From Corallococcus caeni (GTDB lineage Bacteria > Myxococcota > Myxococcia > Myxococcales > Myxococcaceae), in NCBI RefSeq assembly GCF_036245885.1, contig NZ_BTTX01000008.1: a stretch of 64,000 nucleotides of DNA, one strand, 5' to 3'. Each line of letters begins with the position of its first letter. Positions within the stretch are counted from its first letter, which is position 1. The notes beneath the pieces were generated by a model, which was not told where the DNA came from, did not search any database, and worked only from the letters and a program-made list of their open reading frames with translations. Below are positions 46,567-54,732 of this stretch, piece by piece. The translations under genes and the position numbers were made by a program.

Positions 46567-47247
46567 ATGAAACTCACCCATCGAATCCTTACTTGCCTTG
46601 GCTTGGCGTCCTTCTTGTTGCTTGCCGCATGTGGGCCCGAGGACCTCAGCCCCGGCGGCCCCGACCCCATCACGGATGACCCGCCTCCGCTCACCGAGCT
46701 TTGTACCGCGGAGAGCTGTGAAGGCTGCTGCGACCCAACCACCAACAAGTGCGTCATGACTCGCACCGCCGACGCATGCGGTCCGAACGGCAGCACCTGT
46801 TCCAAGTGCACAACCGGGATGATGTGCCACCCTTCCAAGCAGCAGTGCTACACCCCCACCATCCGCACGAAGATCCAGCCCCTTCGTGCGCAGATCGCGC
46901 CGCTGGATCCCTCTGACAACAGCGACTGGGACGTTGATGGCTCGCCGCCGGATGTCGTGATTCAGCTGTCGTGCCCCAACACGCCAGCCGCCGTACCCCC
47001 TTCGGAGGAAGTTGAGAGCTTCACCCCCACCTGGACGAAGGGCTCATGCGACGTCCTCAGTACCGATCTGCTTTCGGCCCCCATCCAGTTCACCGTCATT
47101 GATGTTGACGCCATCTTCGACGACCCGATTGCGTCGGCGCAGTACCAGATGACCCGCGCCGACATCGACCGTGGCGTCGTGGAGCTCACGGGTTCGAGTG
47201 CATTGCTCTCCGTGGCCTTCCAGGTCACCACCTACTACGCCGAATAG
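46567..47247 (+). CDS. Cys-rich lipoprotein (paralogue of the gene at 51768..52388)
   Basis: Lipobox LLLAACG. An N-terminal Cys-rich module (CTAESCEGCCDPTTNKCV...CSKCTTGMMC). The C-terminal domain has DWDVDGSPPDV. It starts 7 nt after the SIR2-like stop. Confidence 0.7.
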   Translation: MKLTHRILTCLGLASFLLLAACGPEDLSPGGPDPITDDPPPLTELCTAESCEGCCDPTTNKCVMTRTADACGPNGSTCSKCTTGMMCHPSKQQCYTPTIRTKIQPLRAQIAPLDPSDNSDWDVDGSPPDVVIQLSCPNTPAAVPPSEEVESFTPTWTKGSCDVLSTDLLSAPIQFTVIDVDAIFDDPIASAQYQMTRADIDRGVVELTGSSALLSVAFQVTTYYAE

Positions 47248-47261
47248 CCCGTCACCGCACT

Positions 47262-47330
47262 GCGCTCCCAAGCAGTGTCACCGCCGCCCGCTTCCAGTCC
47301 GTCCGGAAGTGAGGCGGCGGGTTCGTCTCG
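47262..47330 (+). repeat. copy 2 of the ~60-nt terminator-like repeat (about 80% identical to 37808-37875)
   Basis: caagcagtgtcaccgccgcccgcttccagtccgtccggaagtgaggcggcgggttcg compared with caaggcagtgccaaacgccgcccgtttccggtcctccggaagcgaggcggcgttttcg. Both copies lie immediately 3' of a plus-strand stop codon. Confidence 0.55.
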
Positions 47331-47518
47331 AGCCGCTACTCCTCACGAGGGATGCACAGGAGGAGTGAAACCGGTCAGAACCCTCTCCTCTACTTGGAGA
47401 TGAGGACTCACCCCTCCTCCTCCCTGCGGTTGAATCTTCCCATCATCTCCACGTCCGGAAGGGACGGGAGTCGTTGGCACCGCGGGCCAGTCCACGCGAG
47501 CCATTTCTGGGGGAGCGC

Positions 47519-48886
47519 ATGTCCAATCAGAGCTTCGAGGTCATCTCGGTCCCACCTCAGCCACGGCGGGTCATTCTGGTCTCGATTGATTGGACGCGCG
47601 ACAAGGATCCTCGCCTTCCGCTGGGACATGCTTCCATCGTCGCGGCACTGCGACATGCAAACGTCGACGTGCGAGCGTTCTCCTTTGCCGTCAATCGCTC
47701 TGACTTCAGTGAGGAGCACATCCTGTGGAGCGTGCTTGAAAGTGCACGGGGACTTGAGGCTCGGGACGTGGACCTGGGCCTTGGCGTCTACGTGTGGAAC
47801 GACCGGGTGGTGAAGAGGCTTCTGGGGGCGGTCCGCCGGAGCGGATTCGCGGGACGTATCATCCTCGGAGGGCCACAGGTCTCCTACGCGGGACCGGGCC
47901 TTGAGCAGCTCTATCCCGAGGCGGATGGATTCGTCCGGGGTTATGGCGAAGAGGCCATGGTGGCGATTGCCGCTACGTCCGAGCGGGTCCGGTTTCCAGG
48001 AGTCCATTGGGCTGGCCAGTTGGATGCTGGCGTCCAAGCACAGGCGAAGCTGGAGACGCTTGCTTCTCCCTTCCTCGAAGACGTGATTGAACTTTCAGGG
48101 GAGCAACGGTTCATCCGGTGGGAAACCCAGCGAGGGTGTCCCTTCCGCTGCTCGTTCTGCCAGCATCGGGAGGCTGGCAGCCGGTTGCGTCGCCGCGATC
48201 TCCCCATGGCACGACTTGAGGAAGAGATTGAGCTGTTCGTGTACTCGGGAGTGAACGACATCGCCGTGCTGGATCCGCTCTTCAATCTCGGGGATCACGC
48301 GCTGGCGGTGCTGCGGACTTTCCAGCGGCTTGACTATCGCGGACGGCTATCTTTGCAGTGCCACTTCTCGACGTTGGATGATGAGTTCCTCGACGCCTGC
48401 GAAGGGCTCGCGGTCCGGCTTGAGTTTGGCCTGCAGACCATCCACGAGAAGGAGGCACGCGCCGTGGAGCGCGTGAATCATCTCGAGAAGGTGGTGGAAG
48501 GAGTCCGCAAGCTCCACGCGCGCGGCATCCCTTTCGAGGTTTCCATCATCTTCGGGCTGCCCGAGCAGACGTTGGAGTCCTTTCGACAAACGGTCGACTT
48601 CTGCCTCCGTCGGCAAGTGCCCGTGCTCAAGGCGTTTCCCCTCATGTTGCTACGGGGAACCCAACTGGAACGTGAGCGGGCACGATGGGGGCTGGAGGAG
48701 AATGACGCCCCCATCCCAAGCGTCATCCGCAGCCACACGTTCAATGAACAGGAGTGGAGTCGGATGGAGGCGCTCGCGGAAGCACTCCGCCAGACTGAAG
48801 GCAGGCATCCGGATTGTGTCGAAGCCTTGGAGGTGCGGGTGGTCTCCCTTCCGGACACTTCCGGCTGGTGGTCACCAGCGGCATAG
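47519..48886 (+). CDS. B12-binding-domain radical SAM enzyme
   Basis: An N-terminal Rossmann-like B12-binding region, the CxxxCxxC motif (QRGCPFRCSFCQH), and a TIM-barrel-like remainder. The ATG at 47519 follows GGGGGAGCGC. Confidence 0.85.
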   Translation: MSNQSFEVISVPPQPRRVILVSIDWTRDKDPRLPLGHASIVAALRHANVDVRAFSFAVNRSDFSEEHILWSVLESARGLEARDVDLGLGVYVWNDRVVKRLLGAVRRSGFAGRIILGGPQVSYAGPGLEQLYPEADGFVRGYGEEAMVAIAATSERVRFPGVHWAGQLDAGVQAQAKLETLASPFLEDVIELSGEQRFIRWETQRGCPFRCSFCQHREAGSRLRRRDLPMARLEEEIELFVYSGVNDIAVLDPLFNLGDHALAVLRTFQRLDYRGRLSLQCHFSTLDDEFLDACEGLAVRLEFGLQTIHEKEARAVERVNHLEKVVEGVRKLHARGIPFEVSIIFGLPEQTLESFRQTVDFCLRRQVPVLKAFPLMLLRGTQLERERARWGLEENDAPIPSVIRSHTFNEQEWSRMEALAEALRQTEGRHPDCVEALEVRVVSLPDTSGWWSPAA

Positions 48887-49005
48887 GGACCTGACGGCAG
48901 CTACGCCTCGACAGGCGGCTTGGTGCGGGTCATGTAGCTTCATGCGGTCAGTGTCCCCTTATGATGCCGGAGGGGGACGGGCATCAGTGGGTATGATGCA
49001 GGGCC

Positions 49006-50457
49006 ATGTACCCGAGACGCCGTCTCCTGGCCCGAGGACCGTGGTTGTTTGATCTCAGACCGCAGCGGCTCATCGTCTTCCACGGAGCCGACGGCGTGCG
49101 CCGGGAGGCCAGTGGAGACGTGCCGGATCATCCGTCCGCGCCCGTGGTGCTCGCCGCGCTCAATGAGGGACAGGACGTCTGGGTGGGAAGCGGGGATCGG
49201 CGTGTCTTCTCCGTGGGGGCCGGCGCGAGCGCTCCCGTCCAGGCCTTTCCGAAGGAGTGCTTCGATCTCACCTGCGATGGAGACCGGCTCATCGGAACGG
49301 TGGTGGACAGCGCCCACAAGCTGACCACCCTCTTCACGACCGATGGGTCCGGGCAGCGATGGGAGCCCATGACCTTGCCCAAGCCCGTGCTCGCCACGCA
49401 CGGGTACGGATACTCCGAGGGGCGCCCCCTCAGTCAGTCCCCCGATGGGGCGTTCCTCGACACGAGCCCTTTTGGAATCACCGTCCTGGAGAAGGGGCGG
49501 GGCCGCGTCTACGTGCTCCGCGCGGGGGCTGCTCAGCCGGAGGGCGCGCTCCAGGTGGAGCCGGGTGGTGAGGAGGACAACTGGCGGGCCGTGGCCACTC
49601 CCCACGGCGTGCTCCTCCTGCTCGTCGTCAACTACCGGCAGACGGCGCTCCTCCATTTCGCGCTCGATGGCACCCTGCTCGGCTCCATCCCGGAGAGCGA
49701 GGATGAGGATGATGCTGCGGATGACCTGACCTGGAGCGGTGCCGGGGTGTGCGTCCTCGACGCGGCCCGGGCGCTCCTCTTCGTCCAGGACAAGGCCCTC
49801 CTGGTGTCCCTGCCCGGGCTCCAGGTGCTCGAAACGCTCGTCGGGGAGTGGCCCCGCTTCGTTACCGTGACTCCCGCGGGGCCTGACCGGTGGTGGGTGG
49901 GCGCCGAGGACAGTGACGCGCTCTTCCTGCTCACCGCCGAGCCCGGACACCCCTTGCGCCTCCACGCCTCGAACCGCCTGGTGAACCCAGGCGCGCCGCT
50001 CATGCACGTGGGCTACAAGACGCCCGCGTTCCACTGGACCGAGCACTCCTCGGGGCCACTGACCGTGTCCGCGCCCGTGACCGAGACGTGGCGGGCGGTG
50101 GTGCGCAATGACGGGACCTCGTGTGAGGCCGTGCGGATCCGGGTGTCCGGGGCGCTCGTCGGCGCTCGCGTGGTGGACGTGAGCGTGCGGTATCGCGGTC
50201 AGCCACTCCCGATGGTGAATGAGAACCGCGTGAACCTCGTGGGGGTCTCCGCCGGATTGGAGGCAGGCGCTGTCGCGGAGCTGGAGGTGACCTTCAAGCC
50301 CCGGAGCGAGGGCTCGGGACCGCTGACCATCACCGTCGAGCCGTGCTCCTGGCAATCGCAGGCCAAATACTGGCAGTGGCAGGACAAGGAGGAGCCTCGC
50401 GTCCTCACGGTGACGGGCCATCCGGCATCCGCCTTGTTCCCGCTCACGGTGGAGTAG
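49006..50457 (+). CDS. hypothetical protein (483 aa), beta-rich
   Basis: Coding-like ORF with no recognisable catalytic motif. Its 3' end overlaps the convergent pseudokinase gene by 14 nt. Confidence 0.5.
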   Translation: MYPRRRLLARGPWLFDLRPQRLIVFHGADGVRREASGDVPDHPSAPVVLAALNEGQDVWVGSGDRRVFSVGAGASAPVQAFPKECFDLTCDGDRLIGTVVDSAHKLTTLFTTDGSGQRWEPMTLPKPVLATHGYGYSEGRPLSQSPDGAFLDTSPFGITVLEKGRGRVYVLRAGAAQPEGALQVEPGGEEDNWRAVATPHGVLLLLVVNYRQTALLHFALDGTLLGSIPESEDEDDAADDLTWSGAGVCVLDAARALLFVQDKALLVSLPGLQVLETLVGEWPRFVTVTPAGPDRWWVGAEDSDALFLLTAEPGHPLRLHASNRLVNPGAPLMHVGYKTPAFHWTEHSSGPLTVSAPVTETWRAVVRNDGTSCEAVRIRVSGALVGARVVDVSVRYRGQPLPMVNENRVNLVGVSAGLEAGAVAELEVTFKPRSEGSGPLTITVEPCSWQSQAKYWQWQDKEEPRVLTVTGHPASALFPLTVE

Positions 50458-51769
50458 CGCGGACCTTCTCGGGCTCGGGCGCAGCGCTCATCTTCCAGAG
50501 CAGCGCGCCGCCTCCGAGCAGGCTCCCCAGACCCACTGCCGCCGCGAGGATCCAGCCTCGTCTCAAGCAGGGCCGTGCCTGGGTCTCCGGATCGTCGCTC
50601 GCGGTGATCTGCTGGAGGAGCTGGGCCACCTGCCGCGGTGTCACCGGCTCACCCTCCGAGCGGATGAACTGCTCCAGTTCCTCCCGGAACACGTGGCAGT
50701 CCGGGTAGCGCTGGTCCCGATCCTTCGCGAGCGCCCGGGCGAGGATGGCTCGCAGGACTCCGGGCAGGTCCGGGCGGTGCTGCTCGGCGGGCACCATGGG
50801 CTCGGACATGACGGCCCGAGGCAAGTCCCATTCGGACGTGGACGAAAAGGGCCTGCGCGTGGTGAGCAACTCGTAGAGCACCACCCCGAGCGCGTAGACG
50901 TCGACCCGCCGGTCCACCCGCTCGCCCCTTATCTCCTCGGGCGCCATGTACACGTAGCTGCTCATGACGGGGAGCGGGTGTTCGGGGGTCCACCGGGACC
51001 GGAGATGGTCGATGCCGAAGTCCACCACCTTGGTCGTCCCCTGACGCGACAGGAGGACGTTGTACGGCCGGAGGCAGCGGTGGATGAGCCTCAGCGGCTC
51101 GTGCGTCTCGGGGTGGGTCAGGTCGTGGGCATAGGCGAGCCCCTCGCAGGCTTGCGAGATGATGCGCGCGCACAGCGTCGCCGGCAGGGTCATCCGCTGG
51201 ACCGCCAGGTGCTGGATCAACCTGCTCAGGCTGATCCCATCGACGTGCTCCCTGGCGAGGAAGTACGTGCCGTCCGCCTCACCGAAATCAAAGACCTTCA
51301 CGAGGTGCGGGTGCGTGAGCCGGGCGGCGGTCCTCGCCGTGTCGAGGAACAGCTCCGGGAACTCCATCTGCTCGGCCATGTCCGGCCGGAGGCACTGGAG
51401 CACCAGCGTCTTCTCGATGCCCAGCGGGCCAGCGGCCTTGGCCAGATGGTCCTCGATGATGCCTTCGGCGAGCAGGCGGATGCGCTGGTATTGGCCGACG
51501 TGGGATGTCACGAGACAGATGAATAGCAGATCGCCGATCTCATCGAGCGCTGGCAGGGAACGGGGCGTGCCACGCGACGATGGAGCCTGGACGGACCCAT
51601 GGCTACACGGGGTGGCGCCATGAAGCTCGACCTCGTCGTGCTGTTCACCGCAGGCAACGACAACCACGTCGCCATCTGGCGGAAGTTCCGTGAGGATCTG
51701 CTGCCCCGATACATCCTGGCCGCGGTCACCGCGAAGTGAACCCCCTCTGATAGCCTTCCCGGCCGTCAT
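50444..51769 (-). CDS. Ser/Thr-kinase-fold protein with degenerate catalytic motifs (predicted pseudokinase), a C-terminal TM segment and a short tail
   Basis: The kinase fold is recognisable (YQRIRLLAEG...; HPHLVKVFDFGE; VVDFG; YMAPEEI; DVYALGVVLYELLT). However, the Gly loop is A-E-G-I-I-E, the beta3 Lys is Leu (TLVLQ), and HRD is H-R-C (LIHRCLRPYN). The ATG at 51769 overlaps the divergent lipoprotein ATG (CATG); an internal GTG start is possible. Confidence 0.6.
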   Translation of the reverse strand: MTAGKAIRGGSLRGDRGQDVSGQQILTELPPDGDVVVVACGEQHDEVELHGATPCSHGSVQAPSSRGTPRSLPALDEIGDLLFICLVTSHVGQYQRIRLLAEGIIEDHLAKAAGPLGIEKTLVLQCLRPDMAEQMEFPELFLDTARTAARLTHPHLVKVFDFGEADGTYFLAREHVDGISLSRLIQHLAVQRMTLPATLCARIISQACEGLAYAHDLTHPETHEPLRLIHRCLRPYNVLLSRQGTTKVVDFGIDHLRSRWTPEHPLPVMSSYVYMAPEEIRGERVDRRVDVYALGVVLYELLTTRRPFSSTSEWDLPRAVMSEPMVPAEQHRPDLPGVLRAILARALAKDRDQRYPDCHVFREELEQFIRSEGEPVTPRQVAQLLQQITASDDPETQARPCLRRGWILAAAVGLGSLLGGGALLWKMSAAPEPEKVRATPP

Positions 51770-52388
51770 GAAAACGCCCTGCCTGCTCCTGATGGCCCTG
51801 TCGTGCGCCCTCTTCCTCCCGGCCTGCGGTGAGCCCGAGTGCACTCCGGAGAGCTGCGCGAATGGCTGCTGCTCCGTGAGCAACGTGTGCGTTCTCGACC
51901 TCGGCGACGCCCTCTGCGGCTCCAACGGCGCCCGCTGTGAGAGCTGTCCCGACGGCAATGTCTGTCGGCTCGATACCCGGGCCTGTTACGCGGGCGTGAT
52001 GCGGACGCGGGTGCAGCCCCGCCGGGCCTTCATCGCGGACGTCGATCCGGACAACGGCGAGGACTGGGATTCCGACGGCTCCCCGCCCGACGTCGTCGTG
52101 GAGATGCGCTGCCCCTCCGCTCCGGAGCGCACCCGCACCGCCGAGGACGAGAGCTGGGAGCCCGAATGGCGCTCGGGCAGCTGTGAGGTCATCACGTCCA
52201 ACCTCCTCCAGCACCCCATCGAAATCTCCATCTTCGACAACGATGACTTCACCTTCGATGACGAGTTCGGCGGAACCTCCTACCAGGTCACCCGCGCGGA
52301 TCTGAACAGGGGCCACATCGAGCTCGCGTTTCCTCCCATCGTGGAGTCCCTGGTCATCGACCTGACCCACACCTATTCGCCCCAATGA
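51768..52388 (+). CDS. Cys-rich lipoprotein (paralogue of the gene at 46567..47247)
   Basis: MKTPCLLLMALSCALFLPACG lipobox. The same Cys-rich N-module and a C-domain with DWDSDGSPPDV and YQVTRADLNRGHIEL, matching YQMTRADIDRGVVEL in the paralogue. Confidence 0.7.
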   Translation: MKTPCLLLMALSCALFLPACGEPECTPESCANGCCSVSNVCVLDLGDALCGSNGARCESCPDGNVCRLDTRACYAGVMRTRVQPRRAFIADVDPDNGEDWDSDGSPPDVVVEMRCPSAPERTRTAEDESWEPEWRSGSCEVITSNLLQHPIEISIFDNDDFTFDDEFGGTSYQVTRADLNRGHIELAFPPIVESLVIDLTHTYSPQ

Positions 52389-52436
52389 GCAGTCCGCCGC
52401 TGTAACCGTCCCGGCGCCCGGGGCGTAGCCCAGTGC

Positions 52437-52922
52437 ATGCGCCCCCATGCCCTGCTCCTGCCGCTCCTGTTCGCCAGCGCCTGCGGTCCCTCCTCCTCCG
52501 TGGACGAGGGGCTCGGCGTCATCCAGCAGCTCGACACGTCCGAACAGGGCATCACCGCCTTCGTGCGCTCCGGCCAGTACAGCTCCTGGCTCGCGGAGCC
52601 CTCCGTCCACGACACGCGCGCCCCTCACGGCAGCAAGGTCCGCGTCTTCTTCAACGACGTCGTCGCGAGCTCGCTCCGGGAAGGCAATGCCACCCATCCC
52701 GTGGGCAGCATCCTCGTGAAGGAGCTCTTCGAGGACGACGGGAAGACGCTCCGGGGCCACGCGCTGGACGTGAAGGTCGCCGAGGGCCCCGGCAAGAACA
52801 CCTGGGTCTTCTACGAGGGCTTCGGCCCGACCTACTCCGACAACTATTACGGCCGCGCCCACTCCAGCTGTCACGGCTGCCATTCCGACGGGAAGGACTA
52901 CGTCACCTCTCCGCTCCCCTGA
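52437..52922 (+). CDS. small lipoprotein with a C-terminal CXXCH motif (possible cytochrome P460-like haem protein)
   Basis: Lipobox LLFASACG. ~160 aa with a C-H-G-C-H motif near the C-terminus (SSCHGCHSDGKDY). Size and motif position resemble the cytochrome P460 family; this is an inference. Confidence 0.55.
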   Translation: MRPHALLLPLLFASACGPSSSVDEGLGVIQQLDTSEQGITAFVRSGQYSSWLAEPSVHDTRAPHGSKVRVFFNDVVASSLREGNATHPVGSILVKELFEDDGKTLRGHALDVKVAEGPGKNTWVFYEGFGPTYSDNYYGRAHSSCHGCHSDGKDYVTSPLP

Positions 52923-52979
52923 AAAGACAACGGGCGGCCCCCTCGCGAGGACCGCCCGCCGTGCAAGGCCTTGCCGTGC

Positions 52980-54020
52980 CTACCGCGCCGCGGACTTGCG
53001 GCGCATCAGGAACACGCCCAGGCCCACCCCCGCGGCCCACTTCGCCGCCGCGGCCAGGGGCGTCTTGCTCAGGGGCACCGGCTGGCTCTGGTAGCTCGGC
53101 TGCGGCGGGATGGGCCGGAAGTCGGTGGCGCCGGGCAGGTTCGCGCCCTGCTCCTCCGCCTCCGTCTTCGTCACGTTCGGTCCCGGCGCGTCCGGATCCC
53201 GCTGGCCCGGCGACTTCCCATCCGGTGACTTGTGCTCGAGGACGCCGTTGATCTCCGCGCCCAGCAGCACGACCATGCAGGAGATCTGCATCCACAGCAG
53301 CATCACGATGACACCGCCGATGGCGCCGTAGTTCACGTCATACGAGCCGAAGTTCGACACGTACTTCGAGAAGCCCCACGACGCGATCACCCAGATGATC
53401 ACGCTCACCACCGAACCCGGGGTGATGAACTTGAACTTCTGCTTCACGTCCGGCAGCACGTAATAGAGCACCGCCAGCAGCAGCATCATCAGGATGCCGG
53501 CCACCGGCATGCGCAGCCACAGCATGAGGCCCGCCAGCGGTTCACCCAGCTTGTCCGCCACCGCCGGGGTGACGATCGCGACGATGGCCGCCAGCACCAC
53601 CGTCACCGCCGTGCCCAGCGTCGTCAGCAGCGCGATGCCACGCTTCTTCCAGAAGGGGCGCTTCTCCTCCACGCCGTACACGGTGTTGAGCGCCTCCATC
53701 AGCGCCACCACGCCGCCTGACGCCGCCCAGATGGCGCCCACGCCACCGATGGTCAGGAGTCCCACCGGGTTGCTGGTCGCCAGCGCCTCCAGCCGCTCGC
53801 CCAGGATCTTCGTCACCTCCTGGGGCGCCACCTTGGACAGCTCCTGGATGAGCTGCTGCGCCTGATGCGGATCAATCAGCACGCCGGCCAGCGACACGAG
53901 GAACAGCAGGAACGGGAACAGCGCGAGGATGCTCTGGAACGTCAGCGCCCCCGCGACGTTGCCCACGTTGTCGCGCCCCCACTCGTCCTTGAGGGATTTG
54001 AAGAACTCCTTCCAACTCAT
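52980..54020 (-). CDS. YihY/BrkB (ribonuclease BN-like) family inner-membrane protein
   Basis: The ATG at 54020 gives MSWKEFFKSLKDEWGRDNVGNVAGALTFQSILALFPFLLF plus six or more TM segments typical of YihY. Confidence 0.85.
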   Translation of the reverse strand: MSWKEFFKSLKDEWGRDNVGNVAGALTFQSILALFPFLLFLVSLAGVLIDPHQAQQLIQELSKVAPQEVTKILGERLEALATSNPVGLLTIGGVGAIWAASGGVVALMEALNTVYGVEEKRPFWKKRGIALLTTLGTAVTVVLAAIVAIVTPAVADKLGEPLAGLMLWLRMPVAGILMMLLLAVLYYVLPDVKQKFKFITPGSVVSVIIWVIASWGFSKYVSNFGSYDVNYGAIGGVIVMLLWMQISCMVVLLGAEINGVLEHKSPDGKSPGQRDPDAPGPNVTKTEAEEQGANLPGATDFRPIPPQPSYQSQPVPLSKTPLAAAAKWAAGVGLGVFLMRRKSAAR

Positions 54021-54186
54021 TCCCCTGCCGGGCAGGACCATGCCTTCTCCTCCTCGGAGGAGATTGGGCATTCCATCCCCCGGTCGGCTTCCTCCCCTGG
54101 GACGTTGCCTGCCCCCCTGCCTGCTCACCGCGCAGGGCGCATGGAATGACAAGCCCCCGTCCCAAGCCTGCCCGGCCGCCCGAAAC

Positions 54187-54732
54187 TCAGTAGACGGGCA
54201 GCACCTGGGCGTCCTTCAGCCGGGGCGCGCGCTGATCCTTCACCGACAGCAGCGGCTCCTTCACGGGCCAGGGAATCGCCAGGTCCGGATCGTCCCAGGC
54301 CACGCTCCGCTCGGACTCCGGGGCGTATTGCGCGGTGCACTTGTAGAAGAAGTCCGCCGAGTCGCTCAGCACGCAGAACCCGTGCGCGAAGCCCGGGGGG
54401 ATCCACAGCTGCCACTTGTTGCCGGAGGACAGCTCCGCCCCCATCCACCGGCCGAACGTGGGCGAGCCCTTGCGCACGTCCACCACCACGTCCCAGACCG
54501 CGCCCGCCAGCACCTGCACCAGCTTCCCCTGCCCGTTCGGCTCCTGGAAGTGCAGGCCCCGGAGCGTGCCCCGCACCGACCGCGACAGGTTGTCCTGCAC
54601 GAAGGCGCTCGGGATGCCCGCGTCCTGGTAGCGCTGGGCGTGGAACGTCTCCACGAAGAAGCCACGCGAGTCCCCGAACACGCGGGGCTCCAGCAGCAGG
54701 ACCCCGGGAAGCTCCGTCGTCTGCACCTTCAT
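54187..54732 (-). CDS. rfbC: dTDP-4-dehydrorhamnose 3,5-epimerase
   Basis: The ATG at 54732 gives [30 protein letters not shown]...RGLHFQ...[18 protein letters not shown], which is RmlC. Confidence 0.9.
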   Translation of the reverse strand: MKVQTTELPGVLLLEPRVFGDSRGFFVETFHAQRYQDAGIPSAFVQDNLSRSVRGTLRGLHFQEPNGQGKLVQVLAGAVWDVVVDVRKGSPTFGRWMGAELSSGNKWQLWIPPGFAHGFCVLSDSADFFYKCTAQYAPESERSVAWDDPDLAIPWPVKEPLLSVKDQRAPRLKDAQVLPVY

